In this document: positions 22,160 through 35,698 of the stretch, piece after piece
Numbering within the stretch: position 1 is the first letter of the stretch
How the letters are laid out: every line of letters starts with the position of its first letter
NCBI RefSeq assembly: GCF_006345805.1
Contig: NC_042998.1
Location: 45,570,001 to 45,634,000, forward strand
DNA from: Octopus sinensis
Taxonomy: Eukaryota
Length of the DNA stretch: 64,000 bases
Direction: 5' to 3'
The notes under the pieces: model-generated
What the model saw: only the letters and a program-made list of their open reading frames with translations
Database searches by the model: none
What the model was told of the DNA's origin: nothing
Program-made: the position numbers and the translations under genes

Positions 22160-25100
22160 GTAGGTTACAGGGTTTGAAGTTATGGACATTTAACCAGTTG
22201 CCCACCGTCTGAATCTCATTGGCCTTTTATTGTTCATTGTTTTTTTTTCCCATCGCACACTTTATATTCGATGGGAGAGTTAAATGAGAGGTTTTGACGT
22301 GTCTGCCTTTTCCTATGCCATTAATCCTGTTAAAACACACTGCCATTATTCCTGTTAAAACACACTGTCATGATTTTTAACTTGGAAAATAATGAAGTTA
22401 GTAAAATAACTTTGTCGTTATTAAGCTAGTATTTGAAACACAAATTAGCATGAAATATTCATGGAAGTTTTGATTTCGATCATTTTACAACAAGCTGTTT
22501 GTATCATAGAATCGGGAGCAGTCTCAAGTTGCCTGACATCATAAATGGTAACAGCATGAGTGAAGTCAAATAGCTTAAATTGGAAATCAAAAACTAGTTC
22601 ATGGCTTTGCGCGACTTAAGCATACTTTTTATTCTACATTTATTAGCTATCATACATTTATATCTCAAAGAAAACAAAGGACAGATAAGATAGATGGTAT
22701 ATGCCATGAAAATAAAGGGGAGGTAATTGTGCTGAACACTGGGAAATAACAGCTTTGATGTAAAGGAATCATTTACTATTGATTGCTCATTAACCTCATC
22801 GGCGAACAGAATGTTCTTACAAACTATTGATTCTAGGGACAGGAACACAAGCTGCATAATTTTCACATACATACTTTTACTTCTATAGTAAAATGAATTA
22901 TGATTTAAAAGAAATAGCTTCTGTGGACCCCATTCTAAATTTAGTTGTAGAAATTTATCAGAGAACCAGACATCGTGTGATGATTAGTAACGGTTTCAAA
23001 GTTTGGCACAAGGTCAGCAATTTTAGTGGGATGGGATTAGTTGATTACAGAGATCCAGTGCTTAACTGGTTCTTATTTTGTGGCCCCGAAGTGATGGAAA
23101 AGACGACTTTGGTGGCATTTGAACTCAGAACGGTAAGAGCTGGAAGAAATGCCACTAAGTATTTTATCCAATGCACAAACATTCACCTTAGTGTGACACC
23201 CATTACTAATACCCATTAATATGTATTTCTTTATTGCCCACAAGGGGCTAAACTTAGAGGGGACAAACAAGGACAGACAAAGGGATTAAGTCGATTACAT
23301 CAACCCTGAAAGGTTGAAAGGCAAAGTTGACCCTGGCGGAATTTGAACTCTGATCGTAACGGCAGATGAAATACCTATTTCTTTACTACCCACAAGGGGC
23401 TAAACACAGAGTGGACAAACAAGGACAGACAAATGGATTAAGTCGGTTATATCGACTCCAGTGCGTAACTGGTACTTATTTAATCGACCCCGAAAGGATG
23501 AAAGGCAAAGTCGACCTCGGCGGAATTTGAACTCAGAACATAAGACAGATGAAATACCGCTAAGCATTTCGCCTGGCATGCTAACTTTTCTGCCAGCTCG
23601 CTTTTTTCAGTTTCTGTCTACCAAATTCATTCACAAGGCTTTGGCCTTCCTTGGGTTATATTACAAGACATTTACCATAGGTGCCATGAATCAGAGACCA
23701 TGTCGTTGGGAACCAAGCTTCCTACTATGCATCCATGTCTACAATTATCAGTCACTAGTATCATAGAGATTTAGGTCAAACTCAACTAATTCAAAATATT
23801 AAGTGCACCATATTCTGAAATCTGAATGATTTTAAAACAGATTCAAAACAGGTGGTTTATTTAATAACAGAAAATGGCAATAATAATGTTGTAAGAGATA
23901 TATTTGTTGGTATATAAAGAGGTATTGATGTTCAACTGAGGTCTTTTATTAGAAAAAATGATGTAATGTCAAAATGGTGATGGTGATGACCATCATCATA
24001 GTATCATCATCATCATCATCATCATTGGTTGGCATGAGGTTTCATTGTTGTCACCACCACCACCACCACCATCATTGCCATCTTCATCATTATATAACAT
24101 TCACTTTTCCATGCTTGCATGGGTCTCAAGGAGTTCATTGAGGTAGATCTTCTATAGCTGGATGCCTTTTCTGTTGCCAACCCTCATCTGTTTCCAAGCA
24201 AGGTAATATTTTCCCCATGGCTGAGGCATGTTTCTCATGGAAGAGTCGAAATGAACAACACCTCTTGTATGACAGTGATGCTCATTTTACAACCATCATA
24301 TGATGCCAAGGCAAACATACAAACAAACATGCATATGTTTGCATGCATATATAGTCAACAGTTCTATGCACTATGTCTTCTCATAAGACTTTCATTGGCC
24401 CAAGGCTATAACAGAAGGCAAAGCTTCTTAACCACACAGCCATGCCTGCACCTGTAGGTAGGCCTGTCTGTCCTCCCTGTGGGCTTGTGAAATCATAGTT
24501 TTAATTTGAGAGGATTATTTTTGCCTTCTAAATATATTTATGATGAATATTAACTTTTTGTTCCCCAAAATATTAATACAGCTATAGTTAAAGCAAGTTA
24601 TTGTGATTTTTTGATTAAAGCTAGATATTGTCCCTCCTAGCAACTACTAAACTGGACTCTTGTACTATGGCCCTATGCTGATCGAAGCCTTGTGAATGGA
24701 TTTGGTAAACAGAAACTGTTACCTGTGTATGTGTGTGTGTGTGTATCTTTGTTTATAAAATCACATGATGGTTGTAAATGAGCATTGTTGTCATACAAGT
24801 AAGGTTAACGATTTCCAGTCTTGCATGCAAAACATGTTTAGGTCTGAGAAAATATTACCTTGTTTGGAAAGAGAAGGTTGGCAACAAGGAGGTCATCTGT
24901 CAGAAGAAAATCTGCTTCAACGAATTCCATCTGACCATGCAAGCATGAAAAAGTGGACATTCAATGACCATGATGATAACATATATATCATAATCATTAT
25001 CATCATCATCATTATCACACACATGCATGTATACACACACACTCACACACACACACACAGACGCACACACACACATACATACATGCATGCATACATACAT

Positions 25101-25841
25101 GTGTACACATACAGATATACATACATGTCTATACAACAGGTTATACTGGCACTCCATCGGTTACAATGATGAGTGTTGCAGTTGATCTGGTCAACGGAAC
25201 ATCCTACTTGTGAAATTAACAGACATGTGTACCCTTAATGTAGTTCTCAACGAGATTCAATGTGACATAGAATGTGACAAGGCTGGCCCTTTGAAATACA
25301 GGTACTACTCATTTTATGCCAGCTGAGTGGACAGGAGCAATGTGAAATATAGAGCTCTGCTCAAAGACACAATGTACTCTCAGGTATCAAACTCACAGCC
25401 TTATGATCATAAGCCTAACCACTGTGTCCCATGCCTTCACACATAACAGGTTAGATGAATGATTGCTATTGAACAAGCTATAAAATAACACGTAGCACAA
25501 TGACAATGGCAAAATTTGAACATTGGACTTTTAAATCCCAAGTTAAAGCACTGATAATGTTTAGGAAATACAACTAATATACAATTATAACTAGCTATTT
25601 TGCATACTAGTTTATATATAGGTATAATTAACCAATCTGTTAGATAAACAGCCAATTTTAAACATGGTACTCACTCTTATCTCTTAATGCATGTCCTCAT
25701 AAAATGATATCATTAACAGAGTATGATTTACCCAATAATGATGGTTTATTTTGACTAGGAATAAAGCTTCACTTTGCAACCATGTGGTTTTGGGTTCAGT
25801 TCGACTGTGCAACATCTTGAACAAGTACATTATTTACATTA

Positions 25842-26440
25842 TTTACATTTGACGGATATTTGTCCTCATCTTGTTTGTTGTTAACACAATGTTTCAGCCT
25901 TCTTCAGGTGTCTTGGGGAAATTTCGAACCCGGGTTCTCATTCCTAAGGTATTTTTCGATGTTGTTGCTGTTGCTGTTGTTGTTCAGGTCACTGCTTGGA
26001 ATTGAACTTGGAATCTTGGGGTTAGTAGCCCGCCCTCTTAATCACTATGTCATATGCCTGTGGGCAATTATGGAGTGAATTTTAGGGCTTATAAATCTAA
26101 TATTTTTCTATCTTTCCTTAATACCGGTTCCTATATGCTGCTCATATCTGCACTTGGTCTGCTTAGGAGGTTGTTGTGTCCTAGCATATGTGCTGCTTCT
26201 TTTAGTTCTCTGTCTATTATTTTAACTTCATCCCACAGGGGGAGGTGGTTTCCATTTTTCCATACATGATCAGCTATAGCCAATTTATTAATACCTCCTC
26301 GTGTCACAGCTTTGCGATGTTCCTCTACCCTTGTTTTAAGGGGCAGCATGTTTCGCCTTTGTATAACCTACCACAGCTGCATGGGATGGAGTACACACAG
26401 TCTTTGGTCATATTCTCTTCTATTGGTGGTTTTACTTGAA
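25842..26440 (-). mobile_element. Penelope-like element 3' fragment: GIY-YIG endonuclease plus pseudo-LTR
   Basis: Minus-strand frames read CVYSIPCSCGRLYKGET and LKTRVEEHRKAV...AIADHVW. A hammerhead-like motif lies at 25884-25911. Confidence 0.85.
25884..25911 (-). ncRNA. Degenerate type I hammerhead ribozyme motif of the Penelope pLTR
   Basis: Minus strand reads ACAC CUGAAGA A GGCU GAAA CAU U GUGU: 4-bp stem I and intact core, but stem II is apparently collapsed by deletion. Confidence 0.55.
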
Positions 26441-27636
26441 TGAATTTGGTGGATGGAAACTGTGTAGAAGTGTATGTGTGTGTGTGTGGTGTGTGCGTGC
26501 GTGTGTATAGGTGGAGGCATGGATGCATGATTAGAAGTTTGCTTCCTAACCACATGGCTCTGGGTTCAGTTCCACTGCATGGCATCTTGGGTGAGTGGTT
26601 TCTACGATAGCCTCAGGCCAACCTAAGCCTTGTGATTGGATTTGATAGACAGAAACTGAAAGAAGCCCATTGTGTGTGTGTGTGTGTTTGTCTCCTACCA
26701 CCCCTTGACAACTTGTATTGATGTATTTATATATTTACGCCCCTGAAGAGAAGGGCCAAGTGTTGGTATGTGCTTTTGTCAGGGAAGATCCTTGGTAATA
26801 GTGAAACCCAACGATTGAAGCAAATTTGAGGGCTCTAGCTGAGTGTTACTCATGATTATGAGGAGTGTGGTGTGATGGTATTTTTTTTTTTAAATATATG
26901 ATTAGTGGTGTTTGTCTTCTCTTGCTGTTAAAAGTTACAAAGTTAGAATATCTCCATTGGAGAGTGCTTTCAAGGTCTCTATTCTTGGAATCAGTTTTGG
27001 TTTGGCATGTGGTGTAAATGGATGATGAATGGTTGGGGAATATTGAGTAGGAATAAAGAGTAGTGTTGTAATTGTAAGAATGTATGTTGTTGTGTGATGG
27101 CAAATAAGTTATTAATGAATGGGCAACAAAGCTGAACCCTGGGGCCTACTGGTTTTGATAGAATGAGGAACAGAACCAACTTTGTCAACACACATGGTTT
27201 TAGTTCAATAGAAAAGAATATATGTATGGTTACGAGATCCATGCCTTTGCCAAAAACATTACTACTATGAAGTGAAATAGTTTCCACTAAGATTGAAATC
27301 TTCAAATTCTTTGCCCTATGGTATTGGCTTGACTAACAATAATTTTTAAAAAAGGTGACTAACGACAATACTGCTTGAGTGGCACATAAAAAGGCACCAT
27401 TCAAGCATGGTCAATGCCAGTACTGCCTGACTGGCTCTCAAGCCGGTGGCATGTAAAAAGCACCCACTACACTCTTAGAGTGGTTGGCATTAGGAAGGGC
27501 GTCCAGCAGTAGAAACTTTGCCAGATTGGATTGGAGCCTTGTGCAGCATTCTGTCTTGCCAGCCTTCAGTCAAACCATCCAACCCATGCCAGCATGGAAA
27601 GTGGACATTAAACGATAATGATGATGATGATGTCTT

Positions 27637-27860
27637 CAATTCTTTAGCATTTAAACTGGCCATATGTAACTCAAATATTCTACCTGGCTTATGCTAAAAC
27701 TAACCAGATCCAACCACTCACATCTAACCTATAATGCTATGCTAATAAACAATAACATCATCGAAATCTTGAAGCTACAAGATAATACATGATTAGCCCA
27801 AAACAATTTGAATAAATAAACTTTATATTTGACTCAGTAATCTGAATGTTAAAGGGTTAA
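27637..27860. mobile_element. piggyBac-like MITE (related copy at about 47595-47822)
   Basis: Ends resemble (cc)tttagc...gttaaagggTTAA. The same body recurs near 47600-47820. Confidence 0.5.
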
Positions 27861-27880
27861 ATTTTTTATTCTCAGTGAGT

Positions 27881-29390
27881 ATCATCATCATCATTTAACG
27901 TCCGCTTTCCATGTTAGCATGGGTTGGACGGTTCAACTGGGGTCTGGGGAGCCCGAAAGCTGCACCAGTCCAGTCAGATCTGGCAGTGTTTCTACAGCTG
28001 GATGCCCTTCCTAACGCCAACCACTCCGAGAGTGTAGTGGGTGATTTTATGTGCCACCGACACAGGTGCCAGACGAGGCTGGCAAACGGCCACGCTCAGA
28101 TGGTGTTTTTATGTGCCACCGACACAGGTGCCAGACGAGGCTGGCAGACGGCCACGCTCGGATGGTGTTTTTATGTGCCACCGACACAGGTGCCAGATGA
28201 GGCTGGCAAACGGCCACGATCGGATGGTGTTTGTTACGTGCCCACAGCACGGAGGCCAGTCGATGCGGTACTGGCTACGGCCACGTTCGGATGGTTTTCT
28301 TGTGTGCCACGTGCCACCGGCACTGGTACCACAAAGATACAATTCCATTGATGTTCGTCTATTTTGATTTGTTTTGATTTTCACTTGCCTCAACAGGTCT
28401 TCACAAGTGTCACAAGAAGGAAGGTATGCACAGGTGGACTGACTACGTCCCAGGTAGGGGCCACAGGTTATGGCCTGACTAGTCTTGCCGGGTCTTCGGA
28501 TGGTGTTTTTATGTGCCACCGACACAGGTGCCAGATGAGGCTGGCGAACGGCCACGATCGGATGGTGTTTGTTACGTGCCCACAGCACGGAGGCCAGTCG
28601 GTGCGGTACTGGCTACGGCCACGTTCGGATGGTTTTCTTGTGTGCCACCGGCACTGGTACCACAAAGATACAATTCCATTAATGTTCATCTATTTTGATT
28701 TGTTTTGATTTGATTTGATTTGATTTGTTTTGATTTCATTTTGATTTTCACTTGCCTCAACAGGCCTTCACAGGTATCACAAGGGGGAAGGTATGCACAG
28801 GTGGACTGACTACGTCCCAGGTAGGGGCCATGGGATATGGCCTGACTAGTCTTGCCGGGTCTTCGGATGGTGTTTTTATGTGCCACCGACACAGGTGCTA
28901 GATGAGGCTGGCGAATGGCCACGATCGGATGGTGTTTGTTATGTGCCCACAGCACGATGGCCAGTCGATGCGGTACTGACTACGGCCACGTTCGGATGGA
29001 TTTCTTGTGTGCCACAGGCACTGGTACCACAAAGATACAATTCCATTGATGTTCATCTATTTTGATTTGATTTGATTTTCACTTGCCTCAACAGGTCTTC
29101 ACAAGTGTCACAAGAAGGAAGGTATGCACAGGTGGACTGACTAGTCTTGCCGGGTCTTAGGAAGGTGTTTTTATGTGCCACCGACACAGGTGCCAGATGA
29201 GGCTGGCGAACGGCCATGATCGGATGGTGTTTGTTACGTGCCCACAGCACGGAGGCCGGTCAATCGATGCGGAACTGGCTACGGCCACATTCGGATGGTT
29301 TTCTTGTGTGCCACCGGCACTGGTACCACAAAGTGTGTGCCACCGGCACTGGTACCACAAAGATACAGATTCCATTGATGTTCATCTTTG
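27881..29390 (-). repeat. RTE 3' UTR amplified as a head-to-tail array of about 366-bp units
   Basis: The novel junction gggtctt|cggatggtg recurs at about 28497 and 28863, with a variant at about 29158. Each unit contains the about 60-bp subrepeat. Confidence 0.85.
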
Positions 29391-32300
29391 ATTAAATTAA
29401 TTCCAATTTATAACTAGCACTTATTGACCCTGTGTTTGTATGAAGAGAAAAGTTGATCTTGGGGTGTTTAACTTCAGAAGCAATATGAGATTTTATAAGG
29501 TATAAAAAATAAAGTAGGGTGACCCGCTGTGCTTCAGGAGACCTATTGAGTCAAGTACGTCAACATCAACATCAAAATAAAAATCAAATGGCACGTAAAA
29601 AGCACCATCTGAACGTGGCTGATGCCACCGCTGCCTAACTGGCGTCCATGTCGGTGACACGTAAAAAGGAACCAATCAATCATAGCCGTTTGTCAGCCTC
29701 CTCTGGCCCCTGTGCTGGTGGCATGTAAAAAGTACCCACTACACTCACGAAGTGGTTGGTGTTAGGAAGGGCATCCATCTGTAGGATCACTGCCAGATCA
29801 GACTGGAGCCTGGCGCAGCCTCCTGGCTTTCCAGACCTCAGTCGAACAGTCCAACCCATGCTAGCATGGAAAATGGATGTTAAAAGATGATGATGATGAT
29901 GATGATGATGAATATTGGGATAAATTTATTTCAGAAAAATAATAGTTACTGAAATAGACATACAGCCGCTGTTATTTGCCTTAAATTCAATTTCTTGACT
30001 TTTTTTGTGTTTCATACATAAACATGACATTTGGAAAATTGTTATATTCATGTTATTCAGCAGAATTAATGACTCAACTAAAGCAAATAATAGTTGTAAA
30101 TAGAAACTGAAAATAAAACCAGAAGTACCTCCAAATGGGAAATTCCATTCTGATGCATTCACTTTTAATTTAGTAAATAATATTGTTGACAAAGTCACAC
30201 ATAATATAGGACATGGTCACATATAATATAGAGCAAGGTCACACATGACGTAGGACAAGATCACATTGATCTTTTCTGTTTGGCCGCCACTTTTCAATTT
30301 CTTTGACTTTTGTTCCAAATTGATTTCATGTTTGATGTGTTGATTTAGTTTTGTATTGACACGAAATTCATTTCCACCATAAATCAATAATTAAAGAGTT
30401 GATAGCTTTTAAAGTTTGCAAATTTTCGGTAATTTTAGCCAGTCAAAAGCCACAGACATAGAGGTGCCTGTTTCCATGGTAACAAGCCAAGCTGTTACCA
30501 AGTTACTTGGTCATTTTTCGCTTATTAAAAATTCAGAACACATGTGGGATGTGGTGGTCATGACATGTGCTAAAAATAATAGCTAAATAGTCCTTAAATC
30601 ATGTACCAAAATCCTTTTTTTTTAATATATGTAATCATGTGGAGGCGCGTGGCTTAGTGGTTAGGGTGTCAGCATCATGATCATAAGATTGTGGTTTTGA
30701 TTCCTGGATCGGGTGATGTGTTGTGTTCTTGAGCAAAACACTTCATTTCACGTTGCTCTAGTCCACTCAGCTGGCGAAAATGAGTAACGCTGTGATGGAC
30801 TGGGGAACACATACACCATAGAAACTGGGAAACTGGGCTCATTAGCCTGGCTAGGCTTTAAAAGCATGCATATAATACATACGTAATCATATGAATTCCC
30901 ATGTCTGGAATACAAATTTGTAAAATTTTTTGAAAATTCCAAAAAATAAAATGTTATGAGGGGTTATATGGTCAATATTTCATTTGTTTACAGTGGACAA
31001 CACATGCAGTCAGGCACAAAATGACAGCTTCCAAATCCTTTTTTCTGACTGTGTAAAAATGATCAAGCTTTAAACCTCTAACTTTTTTTTAAAATTTTCT
31101 GGAAAAAGTGAATTAGACCCTGAGATTCAGTGTGGCAAATTACATCAATATACCAAATTTTCAAATTTTCACTAAACTTTAGAATTTCCACAGGTGCAGG
31201 CAAACAGAAAAGAATCCAATCATGCATTCATTATAGATAATTTCAGAATTGCACACTAGCTCAGGAATGAAATTTGCTTAGTGGGTGCAAACCCAGTTCC
31301 AAAATTTTTTACAAACAAGGTCTTATTGTTCTTTTTTTATTTGGTTTTGTTCTTTGAGAAGAAACCTAACTTCAAGCTACTTTTTACATACTGTTTTCTA
31401 AACTTGAGAGAAATAAGTAATTGTGTAAATTTCAGTTTTTGCACCCCCCCCCCAAATGTTAGGAGATGTGTTTGCACACCCTGTTTCTTGGCCCATGGAA
31501 TTGCATTGTTAACATGGCAGGTCCTTTTCTTTCAACATAGGTTGAGTCTTTTGGTCACCATTGGAATCTATTTCCATTGTGTCTTTTCAATAGGAATTTC
31601 CATTGTCATTGCTCTGATGAATTTTCAGGTGTAGCATCCTCTGCCAAGACCTTTAAATGTGTCACCCACTTCTCTTCTCAGGGGCATTCTTTCTCTGTCA
31701 GCTTCCTGTTAGTCATAAGTCCTTTTATTTTAATGGCTTCTTCCTTTGAACTGCTGCTTGCTGGAACTCATTACTATCATTTTGTTTTTCTCTGGTTTAC
31801 AATGTTCATTCCTTTAATCCTTCTGTAAAATGACATTTTTTGAATTTGCAGGTTTCTTCTTTTCCTTCTTTTTATCCCTTATGCTTCAGTGGCTTCAAGC
31901 CTTGTTTTGGGACAAAATCATGTAAAAAAAAATAATAAAATGGTAAAATAAATACTCTATGTTTAGCATGTTCCAGAACCTATTTTATTTAGTGTGAATT
32001 GGGTTAAAATTGCTAAGTTAAGGCCAGTTCACTTCACTTATACTGCTGCTGCTGTTGCTGCTGCTGCTACTGTTACTACTACTACTACTACTGAGAACAA
32101 TGTGAATGTTGAGGTTTCGTTTTGTTTTTCTATGGCTATTTTTGTTTTGTATTCATGTATGAAATAAATATTTATTGTGTAGTATAATTAGTTTATAACA
32201 ACAAACATGATATACATTACAGTTTTCGCATCTTTTCTGTTGCTGTCAGTTTTCTATTTTTAAAAAATTTTGTTCCATTTGTTTTCAAATTTGGGATACA

Positions 32301-33202
32301 TAATGTTAATTATGAGAATGAAATTCGTTTTTGCCAAAAATTAATAAATAGTAAGTTAACAGGTGTAGCTCTGTGGTAATAGTTCTGGGTTCAGTCCCAT
32401 TGAATGGCACCTTGGGCAAGTGTCTTGTGCTATACCCTTGGGTTGACCAAAGCCTTGTGAGTGGATTTGGTAGACAGAAACTGAAAGACGTCTCATATAT
32501 ATATATATATATATTAGCAGGCCACCTGGCCTTCAGTCTGGTCTGTACAGTGTTGAAATGCATTCATAAGGCATATGTTGGCATGAATTGTAATGCCTAT
32601 TTTCCTTACAATAAAAGTTGTTAAAAAGTATTCAAATATTGCGTAACATACTTTTACAAATTTATTTAGTGTATCTAAATGCTGAAAGTAATATAGATTA
32701 TAATAGAGAAATGTTTATTTTTATTTATGCGCCCTTTCCAAGCCTGGCCAGGCTCATGGGCCTGGTTTCCTGGTTTCTGTGGCGTATGTGTTTCCCCCGG
32801 CTGGACGGGATGCCAGTCCATCGCAGCGTTACTCAAGAAACGGGAAGAAAGAGTGAGAGAAAGTTGGGGTGAAAGAGTACAACAGAGGTCGCCACTACCC
32901 CCTGCCAGAGCAATAGAGAAATGTATTGTACGAAAATTATAAAATATTAACAGAACTTCACGATATATAATGTTTTTTAATTTTTTTCTTTAGAACATAT
33001 ATGAAGAGTTTCTGTGGGCTTTCTACTCTGGAGCAACCTACATGCAATTGGCCATGTGAGAAACAGCCCTCTTCTGGATGGAGACTGACAACCTGCAGTG
33101 TTTGGCATTGGGACTTGTTAATGGTCAACGATTCTCACTGGGAATTGCAATCATTTGAAATGAAAGGGGATATCTGTTAGTATTAGTGGTATTCTAGGTA
33201 TA

Positions 33203-33590
33203 GTGGAGGCGCAATGGCCCAGTGGTTAAGGAAGTGGACTCGCTGTCATAGGATCGCGGTTTCGATTCCCAGACCGGGCGTTGTGAGTGTTTATTGAGCG
33301 AAAAACACCTAAAGCTCCACGAGGCTCCGGCAGGGGATGGTGGTGATCCCTGCTGTACTCTTTCACCACAACTTTCTCTCACTCTTACTTCCTGTTTCTG
33401 TTGTACCTGTATTTCAAGGGGCCGGCCTTGTCACTCTCTGTGTCACGCTGAATATCCCCGAGAACTACGTTAAGGGTACACGTGTCTGTGGAGTGCTCAG
33501 CCACTTACACGTTAATTTCACGAGCAGGCTGTTCCGTTGATTCGGATCAACCGGAACCCGCGTCGTCGTAACCGACGGAGTGCTTCCCCT
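33203..33590 (+). mobile_element. tRNA-derived SINE, family B (minus-strand copies at 32730-32906 and 53115-53420)
   Basis: Head gtggaggcgcaatggcccagtggtt...ttcgattccc has A/B-box-like motifs. The body matches the reverse copies. Confidence 0.75.
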
Positions 33591-33599
33591 CCTTCTAGG

Positions 33600-33785
33600 T
33601 ATAAATACAATGTCTCCCTTATGACATCCAGTGAATATTTTTGCTTTGATAATGTGAGGCTGTAGTTCAGTAACACCCATATGTGAACCATTGCGCAATG
33701 TTGCCTGATCCAGGTTTCTGAGAAATATGATAAATGTGCCCCTCTTCAATCCAAGGTGGTGTGGCAGCATAACGGATGGTTCCAT
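33600..33785 (-). pseudogene. Fragment of a Helitron RepHel (Pif1-type) helicase
   Basis: LPHHLGLKRGTFIIFLRNLDQATLRNGSHMGVTELQPHIIKAKIFTGCHKGDIVFIPR resembles the Helitron helicase motif PPHxLxLKxGxxxxLLRNL...NG...IPR. Confidence 0.75.
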
Positions 33786-34774
33786 CGTTAGCACGCTGGG
33801 CGAAATGCCTACCGGTATTTCGTCTGCTGCTACGTTCTGAGTTCAAATTCCGCTGAGGTTGACTTTGCCTTTCATCCTTTCGGGGTCGATTAAATAAGTA
33901 CCAGTTACACACTGGGGTCGATATAATCGACTTAATCCATTTGTCTGTCCTTGTTTGTCCTCTCTGTGTTTAGCCCCTTGTGGGTAGTAAAGAAATAGCT
34001 TTGTCGATAGATTTATAGATGTGGCTACCTCCTTCCCCCTCTGTCTCACTTGTTTTTTCTCACTAACCCCCTTTCTATCTGTCACAGTTATTTTTTCTCT
34101 AGAGAGAAAAAGAGTAGAGGTAGTGAGAGAGACACACACATATACAACCAGAGAGAGAGAGAGAGGGAGATAGTGAGAGAGATAGAGACATAAAGAGGGA
34201 CATATAGACAGAGAGAAATCAGAGGTCCAGCAGCAACTTCAAAGGAATAAATGTAATGTATAAAGTTAGAGAAAGTTGAAGGTGGACTGAGTGATAGGTG
34301 GAGTATTCTTTTGCTCTGCAATAAGCATTACGGTGAAATAGATAGTACATGGATGGCTAGAAATAGGAGCTAATACACCACCAACTTGCCCCCTTCCATT
34401 CCGTTTATGGAAAATAAATGCACAGTTATCTGTGGAAAGGTTAGATTAGTTTAAATGACACGAAAAACCTGAAATATCAATTTTATTCAGGTGTTTTCGG
34501 CAGTCAATGTAGAAGCAAACAAACAAACTTTGCTTTTTATAAGGATATATAAGTGCTGGTGCCATGTAAAAAGCACCCATGCCAGTGCTGTGTAAAAGTA
34601 CTCAATACACTCTATAAAGTGGTTGATGTTAGGAAGGGCATCCAGCCATAGAAACCATGTCAAAATCACCTCTTGTCAAACTTTCCAACCTATGCCAGCA
34701 TGGAAAACTGATGTTAAATGATGATGATGATACATACATACATGCATGCATGCATACATACATACATACACACA

Positions 34775-34851
<77 letters not shown>

Positions 34852-35443
34852 TCAATGATGATGATGATGAAACATAGAGCATCTCAAAATAAATACAGTA
34901 AGGAAAGGGTTAATGTACAGTTTTTATTGTAACTTTTCACAAAAAAGTTTCATTGACAATTTTTTCCTTTTTAAATTATTTACATTCCTGTTTGAGTGTT
35001 TCACATGACTTTATTCATTAAAACTAATTAAAACTTCAAAACTTCTTACAACTTATGTCATCGTTAAGTTTTGCTTTCATTTTGTTTTATAAAAAATTTG
35101 TTGTAATGTTTTTGCTTTCATTTTGTTGATAGACAAATATCACATAAAAAATTCCAGCTTCTAAATCCTGTTTTCTGATTGGGAAAAATGATCAAACTTT
35201 AAACCTCTGTAATATTTTTCTAAAAAATTTTTCTGGAACAAACAAATAACAAAATCAGATTCAGTGTGGAAAAGTACATCAATACACCAAATTTGAAAAT
35301 TTACACTTACTTTTAAAATTTCAAAATCTGTGACAGCAGTTTCGGAAATATAACAAAAATTTAACTCCACAATTCCAAATTCTTTAAAAACTGTTTTGAT
35401 AATTTTATTTTACATTTATTATTATTGATTTTTGCCCTTACAG

Positions 35444-35698
35444 GAACCAAGCTAACTTACAAGGCAAGTGGAAGTAGCTCTCGTAATAAAAATGGGAACA
35501 TTAAGCGTCCAATGAATGCTTTTATGGTATTTGGACGTACCTACAGATCGACTTTAATGAAAATGTTTCCAACAGCATCCAATTCCCAAATCAGCATTTA
35601 CTTGGGGGAGATTTGGCATAAAATGTCTCCAGCTCAACAGAAACCATATTTTGATGAATCCAATCGAATTAAATATAAACACCGCAAAGACTATCCAG
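35444..35698 (+). CDS. Sox30: HMG-box exon of a Sox transcription factor, group H (Sox30-like)
   Basis: Acceptor tacag| and donor CCAG|gtaatt, 255 nt, phase 1-1. Encodes GTKLTYKASGSSSRNKNGNIKRPMNAFMVFGRTYRSTLMKMFPTASNSQISIYLGEIWHKMSPAQQKPYFDESNRIKYKHRKDYP. RPMNAF is the Sox signature. NG(N/H)(I/V)KRPMNAF and PGWVY match SOX30 as I recall it. Confidence 0.85.

Noticed and set aside
26770-27330. Degenerate LINE-like text (GPQGSAL motif on the minus strand); similar RTE-like debris at 18300-18860 and 38830-39370
   Set aside because: Too decayed to give boundaries or a clade with confidence.
29926-30230. Unique AT-rich segment with ORFs on both strands
   Set aside because: Weak splice sites, an internal TAG in the plus frame and no recognisable domain.
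31577-31828. Hydrophobic 83-aa ORF after a ttttcag acceptor
   Set aside because: T-rich composition explains the hydrophobicity. There is no suitable donor and no open antisense frame.
34421-34440. Possible 14-nt micro-exon that, with 22116-22159 and 32994-33055, would restore the Sox frame
   Set aside because: Poor acceptor and no homology support. The three-exon path is overfitted, and direct exon 1 to HMG splicing is simpler.
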